Shown here piece after piece: positions 54,825 to 64,000 of a stretch of 64,000 nt of DNA (the stretch's first letter is position 1; each line of letters opens with the position of its first letter). The stretch covers positions 908 to 64,907 of the forward strand of contig JAOABY010000006.1 of assembly GCA_026418115.1 (NCBI GenBank), written 5' to 3'. The translations under genes and the position numbers were made by a program. This stretch comes from Spirochaetaceae bacterium. GTDB taxonomy: Bacteria; Spirochaetota; Spirochaetia; Treponematales; Rectinemataceae. The notes under the pieces were generated by a model that saw only the letters and a list, made by a program, of their open reading frames with translations, did not search any database and had not been told where the DNA came from.

Positions 54825-55397
54825 ATGGCCGAAAGTACATTGATGATGTCGCCTGTTCGTTCTGCAACGCGGCAAAGAGGATGTATTCCGCTTCCTCTTG
54901 CCTATGCAATGTATGTATTCGTGTTTTCGTATTGTCTCATTTCCCTTATAGCGGGCAAGGCAGGGCTGCTCGCCATGCGTGATCTGGCAGAAACCAGATC
55001 CAGACTCGAAATGGCAGTACATGATCTGCAGGCACGTAATACAGAAAAGGCTGAGTATCTTGACCGGATAAGAAAGAACCCGGAGATTCTGGCCATGCGA
55101 TCGAGATCGCTCGGCTATGCAGGCGAAGGAGAAATGATACTGGTGTTGCCGGAAGCATGGAAAGCAGCCTTCAGCAGTGCATCGGGAGAGGACCAGCAGA
55201 CACCTGTGCTTGCTGGTGATTCAACCGGATTGCCTGATGCTCTCATCAAGGCTATGGCTGCCATGATGGCATTCATTGCAGCACTCGCCAGTCTCATCAT
55301 TCATGCAACACCAGGCAAGGTTGCAGCAGGCAAATCGCACGATTCCGGAAAGAGAGCAGCAAGCCCCTTATCTGTCCTGTCCAGGAACGAATCTTGA
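54825..55397 (+). CDS. Septum formation initiator (FtsB/DivIC-like) protein
   Basis: Single TM (YAMYVFVFSYCLISLIAG) followed by the coiled coil LLAMRDLAETRSRLEMAVHDLQARNTEKAEYLDRIRKNPEILAMRSRSLGY. Start set at the ATG at 54825. Confidence 0.65.
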   Translation: MAESTLMMSPVRSATRQRGCIPLPLAYAMYVFVFSYCLISLIAGKAGLLAMRDLAETRSRLEMAVHDLQARNTEKAEYLDRIRKNPEILAMRSRSLGYAGEGEMILVLPEAWKAAFSSASGEDQQTPVLAGDSTGLPDALIKAMAAMMAFIAALASLIIHATPGKVAAGKSHDSGKRAASPLSVLSRNES

Positions 55398-57827
55398 GGC
55401 AGGGGGATTCTGATCACCTCCACTGCTCAGAGGATTCTGCACCGTTCCTCCAGTTGATGGAGTATCCTGGGAGGAGGTCTGCTGCTCCATGGCAGGCGCA
55501 TGATAGGTACAGGGCTCCGTCGGCTGAGTACCTTCGAGATAGAGCAGGTTGACCGTACCTTCGTTGCAGAGCGCTGTGGGAAGTTGCCCGGATTTGGCGC
55601 ATACCGTTGCGGAAACCACACCGCCCTCCGGCCTGGGAAACTGTTTCATCGGTAGCCCCAGATGGATGTCGCGCATGTAGTTTGACCATATGGGGGCGGC
55701 AACAGTCGCTCCTGTCTGCGAGACACCCAGAGAATTGCCTGCTCTGTCAAATCCGAGCCATATTGCAGTTGTGTAATAGGGGCTGAAACCTACCGTCCAT
55801 GCATCCGCCCAGTTTTGCGTGGTGCCAGTCTTGCCTGCTACCGGAATGGTATATGTTTTGCCATCAGGACCTGTCTGCCTGAAAAGTGCGCCTGACTGGG
55901 TCGCACCCGCCAGCGTACCAGCACTCACCACCCGGCGCAGCATGTCGATCATGATTGCAGAATTCTGTGGAGAAATGATACGTCTCTGTTTGCGGCTCAA
56001 TGCTTTGAGCATATCCTTCTCAGGTTCGGCGATGACATTTCCCTTCCTGTCTTCAACGTACCGAATGGCCAGCGGTTCTACTGCAGTGCCGCCGTTGGCA
56101 AAAACGGCAAAGGCTTTCGCCATCTGGAGGGGAGTCACGCCAATGACGCCAAGGGCAAGAGGATAGTAGCGCGGAAAGGTTTTGCGGATCTCAAGCGGGT
56201 CGGTAATGCCAAGCAGAGCTGCTGCGCGCTGGATTGCTGCATCAAAGCCGATTGTCTGCAGTACCTTCACTGATGGCACATTCATGGAGCTTGCCAATGC
56301 CTGCCAGACCAGTACCGGTCCTTTCCATTCACCCTTGAAATTCTGAGGATTATAGGGGGTGCCGTCCTCGTTGTAGAAGGTGGTTGGCTCGTCGATTATC
56401 ATTGTGCCTTCGGTTATTTTCCTTGAATCGATTGCTGCAGAGTAATAGAGAGGCTTGAAGGTGGAACCTGGCATGACGCGAGACTGTGTGGCGCGAATAA
56501 GCTGATTGGCCTGACTGAAACTGGAACCACCAACCATTGCGGTAATGTAACCAGTCTCATTGTCGATGGTGATCAGTGCACCCTCTACGGTCGATTTTTC
56601 AAGCTCCGTCTTGAGCTTCGCATTCCCCTGACCTGCCAGCATCTTCAAGGGCTGCACATTCAGCAGCAGGGCCATGGCCTCAAGACTCGGGTTGATTTTT
56701 CGAGTATAGAAATCGAGCGAGGAACTCTCCGCACGGGCCTGCGGGGCATAGATGGGTTTCAGATCGAAAGCGAGACCAAGAAGCTCAACAATCGGGATGA
56801 AGGTTTTCTCTGCTACTGTGAGCCGCTGCGAAGAGGCTGCCCTGAATGCGGCATTTGCAGTTTCAATACCACGTTTCATGTAGAGATCAGCAGCAGCCTG
56901 GTGATCCAGATCAAGTGTCGTGTAGACGGATAGCCCATCGCTGTAGATATCGACTGAGCCATAGAACATGTCATCGAGCTGTCGTCGGACGTATTCACTG
57001 AACCATGGTGCCTTGTCCATCCTATGGTAGAATGCCGAAGTTGCGACCCTCGTGTAGTCAAAAGAAGACCAGTAATCCTCAAACGATGTATCTGCTGCTT
57101 CCTTTGTGATTACCCTGCGCTGTACCATCTGATCCAGTATTTCTCTTGAACGGGCCTGTGCCAGCATCGGGTTGCGGAAGGGATTGTATCGTGAGGGGCT
57201 TGAGAGCTGTATTGCAAGTATTGCAGCCTCGGCAGGAGTGCAATCCTTGGCCGGATGCCCGAAGAAATACCTGCTGGCTGCCTCCACGCCATATACTGCC
57301 GGCCCCATGATCATACGGTTAAGGTACATCTCCAGGATCTCTTCCTTTGTGAATCTGCGTTCAATCTGGAGTGCCCACCAGAGCTCCTTGAGCTTGCGGC
57401 TCAGGCTGATGATCCTGCGGTCAGCATAGAGATTGCCGGCTAGCTGCTGGGTGATCGTCGAACCGCCACCGAGATTCCTGCCAATGATCTGTCCAACAAG
57501 TGCCCGTGTGAGTGAGCGGATACTGAAACCATGATGCCTGAAGAACGACTGATCTTCTCTCGTCAGAAATGCCTCAATCAGATGGGGTGGCAGATCGCGC
57601 AAGGGAACAGGAATACGCTGCTCTTCCGCATAGAATTCGGTGATGAGCCTGCCCTTGATGTCATAGACCTTTGTGGGCAGTGCCGTATCGAATTCGGTAT
57701 AGTTCTCGGTTCTCATTATATTGACGGTGTGACCTATGCCGAGTCCGAGTGCTGCTCCCATTGCTGATACCGTGACCAGGCAGAGAGCCAGATATATGTT
57801 GATGAGGCGTATTCTTGGCCTTCTCAT
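55368..57827 (-). CDS. mrcA: Class A penicillin-binding protein (PBP1A: transglycosylase/transpeptidase)
   Basis: GT51 motifs EDQSFFRHHGF and GGSTITQQL. TPase motifs STFKP, SxN and KTGTT. Confidence 0.92.
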   Translation of the reverse strand: MRRPRIRLINIYLALCLVTVSAMGAALGLGIGHTVNIMRTENYTEFDTALPTKVYDIKGRLITEFYAEEQRIPVPLRDLPPHLIEAFLTREDQSFFRHHGFSIRSLTRALVGQIIGRNLGGGSTITQQLAGNLYADRRIISLSRKLKELWWALQIERRFTKEEILEMYLNRMIMGPAVYGVEAASRYFFGHPAKDCTPAEAAILAIQLSSPSRYNPFRNPMLAQARSREILDQMVQRRVITKEAADTSFEDYWSSFDYTRVATSAFYHRMDKAPWFSEYVRRQLDDMFYGSVDIYSDGLSVYTTLDLDHQAAADLYMKRGIETANAAFRAASSQRLTVAEKTFIPIVELLGLAFDLKPIYAPQARAESSSLDFYTRKINPSLEAMALLLNVQPLKMLAGQGNAKLKTELEKSTVEGALITIDNETGYITAMVGGSSFSQANQLIRATQSRVMPGSTFKPLYYSAAIDSRKITEGTMIIDEPTTFYNEDGTPYNPQNFKGEWKGPVLVWQALASSMNVPSVKVLQTIGFDAAIQRAAALLGITDPLEIRKTFPRYYPLALGVIGVTPLQMAKAFAVFANGGTAVEPLAIRYVEDRKGNVIAEPEKDMLKALSRKQRRIISPQNSAIMIDMLRRVVSAGTLAGATQSGALFRQTGPDGKTYTIPVAGKTGTTQNWADAWTVGFSPYYTTAIWLGFDRAGNSLGVSQTGATVAAPIWSNYMRDIHLGLPMKQFPRPEGGVVSATVCAKSGQLPTALCNEGTVNLLYLEGTQPTEPCTYHAPAMEQQTSSQDTPSTGGTVQNPLSSGGDQNPPASRFVPGQDR

Positions 57828-57931
57828 GTGTCCTACCTTATAAGCTAATGGGCTGCTTGGTCAATGTTTCTCCATGACGGAGCAGGGGACTGGATTATTT
57901 AAGTGATTTTCTGTAAGGTTCCTTGAATCGG

Positions 57932-57958
57932 TTGACATGCATCGTCAATCGATATAAT
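57932..57958 (+). promoter_or_regulatory. Candidate promoter of gap-pgk
   Basis: TTGACA (57932-57937) and TATAAT (57953-57958), but the spacer is only 15 nt. Confidence 0.35.
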
Positions 57959-58001
57959 TTTATCATATTGATGGAGCTGCGGATGTTCCGCGACTCCGTA
58001 G

Positions 58002-59102
<1,101 letters not shown>

Positions 59103-59129
59103 TCGCCAGCGCGATCTGGAGGTTGCAAG

Positions 59130-60389
59130 ATGATAAAGACAGTCCGTGACATCCCTCTGACGGGCAGACGCATAGTCATGAGGGTTGATTTCAATGTTCC
59201 GATGAAGGATGGCAAGGTTCAGGACGATACCCGCATCGTTGCAGCGCTCCCTACGATCCAGTACATCCTTGAACAGAAACCCAAAAGCCTTGTGCTCATG
59301 TCACATCTTGGAGACCCCGAAAAGGATGCTGCCAAGGCGAAAGAGAAAGCGGAGAAGGATGGTAAGCCCTTCGATCTCGAAGCCTATCTTGCCGGCAAGC
59401 ACCGGATGAAGCCTGTTGCTGACTATCTTTCCAGATTGCTGGGCAAAGAAGTCGTGTTCCTGCCTTCCTGCTTTGGTCAGAAGCAGGCAATCGAAAGCCT
59501 TCCCGAAGGCTCGATCGTCATGCTTGAGAACACACGCTTTCACAAGGAAGAAACCGCCAAGGATCCAGCAGCCCAGGAAGTGCTTGCCAGAGAGCTTGCG
59601 AGCTATGGCGATGTCTATGTGAATGATGCCTTCGGTACGGCACATCGAGCACATGCCAGCACAGCTACCATTGCCAGATTTGCCTCCGTCAGAGTCGGTG
59701 GGTTCCTTATGGAAAAAGAGGTGGCAAACCTTGAACCCATGCTCACGAATCCACCCCGACCCATGGTCGCAATCATTGGTGGTGCCAAAGTTTCCTCAAA
59801 GATCGCCGTACTGGAGAGCCTGCTGCGCAACGCGGATGTTCTGGTAATTGGCGGTGGCATGGCCTACACCTTCCTCAAGGCACAGGGCATAGAGATTGGA
59901 AGGAGTATGGTCGAAGATGATTACCTTGATGTGGCTCGCCAGCTTCTGGCAAAAGCTGCCGAACGGGGCACGAAGGTTATCCTGCCGGTCGATCATGTCG
60001 CCGCCGCGAGCTTCGCCCCGGATGCAACGCCGGTACGAGTCGATACGGTCGCATTGCCTGGTGACCTCATGGGCCTCGATGTAGGTCCGAAGACCCTCAA
60101 GCTGTACCGCGAAGCTCTGGCTTCGGCGAAGAGCGTCCTCTGGAATGGTCCTGTCGGTGTGTTCGAGTTTGAAGCTTTTGCCCATGGAACCGAGGCCGTA
60201 GCAAAGATGGTTGCAGAGGCAACCGGGCGAGGCGCACTGACGGTTGTTGGAGGAGGTGATTCTGTTGCAGCGGTCAACAAGTTCGGGCTTGCCGCGCAGA
60301 TGAGCCATGTCTCAACCGGAGGTGGCGCATCGCTTGAGTATCTTGAAGGAAAAGACCTCCCTGGCATTTCCTGTCTCGAGCAGAAATAG
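59130..60389 (+). CDS. pgk: Phosphoglycerate kinase
   Basis: RVDFNVP, NDAFGTAHRAHAS and GGGDS motifs. Confidence 0.96.
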   Translation: MIKTVRDIPLTGRRIVMRVDFNVPMKDGKVQDDTRIVAALPTIQYILEQKPKSLVLMSHLGDPEKDAAKAKEKAEKDGKPFDLEAYLAGKHRMKPVADYLSRLLGKEVVFLPSCFGQKQAIESLPEGSIVMLENTRFHKEETAKDPAAQEVLARELASYGDVYVNDAFGTAHRAHASTATIARFASVRVGGFLMEKEVANLEPMLTNPPRPMVAIIGGAKVSSKIAVLESLLRNADVLVIGGGMAYTFLKAQGIEIGRSMVEDDYLDVARQLLAKAAERGTKVILPVDHVAAASFAPDATPVRVDTVALPGDLMGLDVGPKTLKLYREALASAKSVLWNGPVGVFEFEAFAHGTEAVAKMVAEATGRGALTVVGGGDSVAAVNKFGLAAQMSHVSTGGGASLEYLEGKDLPGISCLEQK

Positions 60390-60415
60390 GTCTCCCTTCC
60401 GGCATGCAGTAGCAG

Positions 60416-60447
60416 AGGCCGTCCGGAAGGGCGGCCTTTTTTCTTTT
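60416..60447 (+). terminator. Rho-independent terminator after pgk
   Basis: AGGCCGTCC-GGAA-GGGCGGCCT stem (GNRA loop) followed by TTTTTTCTTTT. Confidence 0.8.
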
Positions 60448-60469
60448 CCAATTGCTTGAGGAGTGATGA

Positions 60470-61405
60470 ATGCGTGTGTATGAATCGATTCTTTCTCTCA
60501 TCGGGAAAACCCCTCTGGTTGCGCTCAACCGGCTGGCACATGGCATGCCGGGACAGGTTGTGGTTAAACTTGAATACTGGAACCCGGGACACTCTGTTAA
60601 GGATAGGGCAGCGCTCTCGATGATCTGTCATGCTGAAGAGAAAGGTCTGCTCAAACCTGGCATGACGATCGTTGAACCAACCAGCGGCAATACTGGCATA
60701 TCACTCGCCATGATAGCAGCAGCACGAGGCTATCGATGCGTGCTGACCATGCCGGAATCGATGTCGCAGGAACGCAGGGCGCTGCTCAAAGCCTATGGTG
60801 CCGAGCTTGTGCTGACTCCGGCTGCGGATGGCATGGCTGGAGCCATTGTGGCAGCGCGTCAAATTGCAGCCAGCGACCCAGCATCCTGTTTCATGCCGAT
60901 GCAGTTTGAGAACCCGGCAAATCCGGCTGCACACCGAACCTCGACTGCTCTGGAGATATTCGAGGATACCGACGGGAAAGTCGATGTGCTGGTAGCGGGG
61001 GTTGGTACAGGTGGAACCATCACAGGGACCGGGCAGATGCTGAAGCAGCTCAAATCATCGGTATATGTCGTAGCTGTTGAACCTGCAGGCTCGCCTGTGC
61101 TCTCCGGTGGCAGCAGAGGGGCTCATGGCATTCAGGGAATTGGTGCCGGCTTCATACCGCCCATCCTGGACACCTCTGTCTATGATGAGATCATCCGGAT
61201 TGAAGATGAAGCAGCCTATACAACAGCTCGCCGCGCAGCAAGAGAAGAAGGTATCCTGGTAGGCATATCTTCCGGTGCCACCATCAAGGCTGCGCTGGAC
61301 ATCGCCAGCAGGCCTTCAAGCAAAGATAAGCTTATCGTTGCAATAGTCGCTTCGAGCGGGGAACGTTACCTTTCTACTCCGCTTTTTTCAGATATTTCTG
61401 ACTAG
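60470..61405 (+). CDS. cysK: Cysteine synthase A (O-acetylserine sulfhydrylase)
   Basis: [14 protein letters not shown] (PLP Lys) and GTGGTITG loop. Confidence 0.94.
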   Translation: MRVYESILSLIGKTPLVALNRLAHGMPGQVVVKLEYWNPGHSVKDRAALSMICHAEEKGLLKPGMTIVEPTSGNTGISLAMIAAARGYRCVLTMPESMSQERRALLKAYGAELVLTPAADGMAGAIVAARQIAASDPASCFMPMQFENPANPAAHRTSTALEIFEDTDGKVDVLVAGVGTGGTITGTGQMLKQLKSSVYVVAVEPAGSPVLSGGSRGAHGIQGIGAGFIPPILDTSVYDEIIRIEDEAAYTTARRAAREEGILVGISSGATIKAALDIASRPSSKDKLIVAIVASSGERYLSTPLFSDISD

Positions 61406-61436
61406 CAGTCAGGGATGCCATACAAGGAGATTGTCC

Positions 61437-62171
61437 ATGATCAGGTTTCCCAGGTACATTCGATCGAACAGAGCACGAAAGACACAACTATCGAAAAGGC
61501 TGCGCGACTTCATTCGGGAGGACATTGCATCGGTTCGCCAGCGCGATCCGGCAGCCAGAACTGGCATTGAGATACTGCTTGTCTATCCTGGACTGCATGC
61601 CATATGGCTGTATCGCATCGCTCACTGCTGGTGGAGGAGAGGCATGAAACTGCCGGCCCGTCTGCTGTCCACCCTCGCCAGGTCTCTCACTGGCATAGAA
61701 ATCCACCCTGCGGCAACAATCGGCCCTGGCCTCTTTATCGATCATGGCATGGGGGTCGTCATAGGGGAGACAGCTGAAATCGGGCGCGATGTCACGATGT
61801 ATCACGGAGTCACGCTGGGAGGAACATCTCTGGAGAAGGGGAAACGTCATCCAACTGTGGGCGATCGCGTAGTCATTGGAGCAGGCGCAAAGATTCTTGG
61901 GAATATCACCATCGGGTCTGACAGCCGGATTGGTGCAAATGCCGTCGTGGTGCGAGATGTGCCGGCCAATTCCGTTGTGGTAGGTATTCCAGGTCACGTG
62001 ATACGCCGTCATATACCGCATGGGGAGCATGATGCTCCCGACCTGCATCACGAAAAACTCCCTGACGTCATTGGGCAGAGATTGTATGAATTGCAGGACA
62101 GAGTGGCAATGCTGGAACAGACCCTGGCTGACCTGCGTGCCGCTTGCGTAGAAGGCCGACTTCAGATCTGA
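61437..62171 (+). CDS. cysE: Serine O-acetyltransferase
   Basis: [31 protein letters not shown] hexapeptide repeats. SD AGGAGA lies 6 nt before the ATG at 61437. Confidence 0.92.
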   Translation: MIRFPRYIRSNRARKTQLSKRLRDFIREDIASVRQRDPAARTGIEILLVYPGLHAIWLYRIAHCWWRRGMKLPARLLSTLARSLTGIEIHPAATIGPGLFIDHGMGVVIGETAEIGRDVTMYHGVTLGGTSLEKGKRHPTVGDRVVIGAGAKILGNITIGSDSRIGANAVVVRDVPANSVVVGIPGHVIRRHIPHGEHDAPDLHHEKLPDVIGQRLYELQDRVAMLEQTLADLRAACVEGRLQI

Positions 62172-62247
62172 AGGTCTTTACCCTCGGCCTCCACATCGTT
62201 ACCATGCATGCGTGCTTCAGCAGCATAGTACAGGATAGGAGCTTCTC

Positions 62248-62997
62248 ATGAAACGTTATTTCATTGCCGGCAACTGGAAGATGTACAAGACCATCGGCGA
62301 GGCAGTGTCTCTCGCTGCGGATCTCAGGGAAAAACTTGCTGGTTGCGGGGAAAAGCTCATGATTGCGCCTCCATTTACGGCTCTCAAGGCTGTAGGAGAC
62401 GTTCTCGCAGGATCCAACATCCTCCTCGGTGCACAGAACATGGGGCCTGAAGAGCTGGGTGCTCACACAGGCGAGGTCTCTGTGCTCATGCTGAAGGATG
62501 TGGGAGTCAGCGTGGTGATTCTGGGACATTCCGAACGCAGACACACCTATGGTGAGAATGATCAGCTCATCAATCGGAAGGTACGCCTTGCGCTCCAGCA
62601 CGGCCTCGAAGTCATACTCTGCATTGGCGAAACACTGGAGGAGAGAGAAGCCGGCAGGCTGGAGGAAGTCATCAGAACGCAGCTTGAGGGTGGCCTGGCA
62701 GGTGTTGGCATTGAGCAGCTATCCCGGGTTACTCTGGCCTATGAACCGGTATGGGCAATCGGAACGGGAAGAAATGCAACGCCAGAGGATGCTGATGCCG
62801 TACATGCATTCTGCAGGCGCGTCATTGCTCAGCTGTACAGTCAGGAAGCAGCGGCATCCATCACCATCCAGTACGGAGGCTCGGTGAAACCCGAAAATGC
62901 CGCAGCTTTGATGGCCAAGCCCAATATCGATGGTGCGCTGGTGGGTGGTGCAAGCCTGAAAGCGGAAAGCTTTGTGCCTATTGCAAGGTTTCGATGA
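62248..62997 (+). CDS. tpiA: Triosephosphate isomerase
   Basis: IAGNWKMYK, ILGHSERR and AYEPVWAIGTG. Confidence 0.96.
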   Translation: MKRYFIAGNWKMYKTIGEAVSLAADLREKLAGCGEKLMIAPPFTALKAVGDVLAGSNILLGAQNMGPEELGAHTGEVSVLMLKDVGVSVVILGHSERRHTYGENDQLINRKVRLALQHGLEVILCIGETLEEREAGRLEEVIRTQLEGGLAGVGIEQLSRVTLAYEPVWAIGTGRNATPEDADAVHAFCRRVIAQLYSQEAAASITIQYGGSVKPENAAALMAKPNIDGALVGGASLKAESFVPIARFR

Positions 62998-63107
62998 TCG
63001 TCAAGGTATTGCCATCCGGAGCGCTTTCGGGTAGTATTCACAGCTGCTCCGCGCTTTCTGTCAATGTGAGCGCATAAAGGTGCAAAACAACGAGTGGAGT
63101 CTGAAAC

Positions 63108-63470
63108 ATGGGATTTTTCGGTATCCTGCTGCTTGTAGTTTTCGTCATTGTGAGTCTCCTGCTGATCTTTCTTGTTGTCATTCAGGATGAGGATTCTGAT
63201 TCGCTTGGCGGAATTTTTGCTGGTGGATCCCAGAGCGCGTTCGGATCACGCGCATCGAATGTCGTGATCAGAATCACCTACATACTGGGTGCCCTCTTCT
63301 TTGTGACTGCCTTCGCGCTTGCTGTCATCAACAAGACACCGGTTGGCAATGTCGAAAAGGTTGTTGAACAGCAGACCGGTCAGACTGCCACTACCGAGTG
63401 GTGGAACAGCCAGAACCAGCCCCAGACCCAGGAATCGGTTCCGGCTCAGGAAGCTCCCGCGGGCAAGTGA
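63108..63470 (+). CDS. secG: Preprotein translocase subunit SecG
   Basis: Two TM helices with LLIFLVVIQDEDSDSLGGIFAGG between them. Conserved position after tpiA. Confidence 0.88.
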   Translation: MGFFGILLLVVFVIVSLLLIFLVVIQDEDSDSLGGIFAGGSQSAFGSRASNVVIRITYILGALFFVTAFALAVINKTPVGNVEKVVEQQTGQTATTEWWNSQNQPQTQESVPAQEAPAGK

Positions 63471-63511
63471 CGGGCGGATCAAGTAATCCGTTGTTGTTTC
63501 AGGAACACGTT

Positions 63512-63556
63512 GGCACGGGAGCGGAATCAGGAATTCCGTTTCCGTGCCTTTTCTTT
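63512..63556 (+). terminator. Strong rho-independent terminator after secG
   Basis: 16-bp stem (63512-63527 pairs with 63533-63548, two G-U pairs), 5-nt loop, then TTTTCTTT. Confidence 0.85.
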
Positions 63557-63605
63557 GGACTGCAGACGTAACTGCTGCACTTCTACGGTTGTTTTGGATG
63601 AAGGT

Positions 63606-64000
63606 ATGGTGATCGGGGTTTTCTGGAGTGGTTCGAGAGCGGTGGAAGACATCGCTCGCCGCATGGCGCATGCGCTTGGGGGCGTGGGCCATGATGTTCG
63701 TGTCGATCGTCTTGCAGGCTACAGTCTCTCGCCGTACCAGTTCCTCGTGTTCGTGACCGAACCAGCCAGCTTGCTTGGAAAGCTGGACGGCAGCTTCATC
63801 GAAGCGATCACGAAAAGCAGTGACACAATAGGCAAGCGGTGTATGGCCCTGGTGCGTGCGGGCAGGCCTGGTTCCTCCCGCGCTCTGCGGTCAATGATGG
63901 CAGCCATCGAACATGAGGGTATGGTGGTCGTTGACAGCGGCCTGGTGAGGACTGCCGAAGAAGCCGAAAGGCTCGCTCTCGCAGCCCCATTGCAGCGAGG
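63606..64000 (+). CDS. Hypothetical protein, 3' end cut by the window edge
   Basis: The ATG at 63606 is preceded by GAAGG, and the frame stays open for 131 codons to the window end (MVIGVFWSGSRAVEDIARRMAHALGG...). The alternating beta-alpha pattern suggests a flavodoxin-like fold. It is not in the ORF track because no stop is reached. Confidence 0.45.
   Translation, partial: MVIGVFWSGSRAVEDIARRMAHALGGVGHDVRVDRLAGYSLSPYQFLVFVTEPASLLGKLDGSFIEAITKSSDTIGKRCMALVRAGRPGSSRALRSMMAAIEHEGMVVVDSGLVRTAEEAERLALAAPLQR

Noticed and set aside
63471-63605. Looked for a tRNA gene downstream of secG (a common location). I also checked the GGTTCGATT-like string at 12860-12870.
   Set aside because: The region after secG is occupied by a 16-bp terminator hairpin with a U-tract, and no cloverleaf can be drawn. 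The 12.86-kb string lies in a 34-nt spacer with no complementary acceptor or T-stem.

Overview
This is a gene-dense 64-kb window with about 57 protein-coding genes. I recognised no rRNA or tRNA genes, no CRISPR array, and no transposase, integrase or phage genes. It reads as core chromosome of a diderm bacterium. The repertoire (many lipoproteins, small outer-membrane barrels, a SPOR/TPR protein, a nifS-nifU Fe-S system) feels spirochaete-like, but taxonomy cannot be established from this window alone.

Main themes:
- Polyamine uptake: potABCD.
- Folate and one-carbon metabolism: ftcD tail, folD-folE2, a COG0720 queD/PTPS-like gene, folC.
- A dispersed peptidoglycan and division set: murE-ddl, murD, PBP1A, a PBP5-type carboxypeptidase, an FtsB-like protein and a SPOR protein.
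- Fe-S assembly: rrf2-nifS-nifU.
- A TRAP transporter.
- Glycolysis: gap-pgk ... tpiA-secG, interrupted by cysK-cysE.

Many neighbouring genes overlap by 4 nt (ATGA or GTGA), implying tight operons.

I found no clear-cut defence island or mobile element. The best candidates for undescribed biology are:
1. A small OM-barrel gene overlapped with an exported orthocaspase lipoprotein that carries a canonical EF-hand loop (40.9-42.4 kb).
2. A second barrel-lipoprotein pair co-transcribed with a RarA protein that has a 320-aa C-terminal extension (46.9-51.5 kb).
3. A divergent operon encoding an uncharacterised protein and an HExxH lipoprotein (51.6-54.0 kb).
4. An 860-aa fused radical-SAM protein coupled to a DEAD-box helicase and facing RNase Z (18.9-23.8 kb).
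5. A MutY-like glycosylase with no Fe-S cysteines.
6. A CoA-disulfide-reductase fusion whose rhodanese domain has Ser in place of the catalytic Cys, next to an intact stand-alone rhodanese.

All functional calls rest on motifs I could read in the translations. No database search was run.
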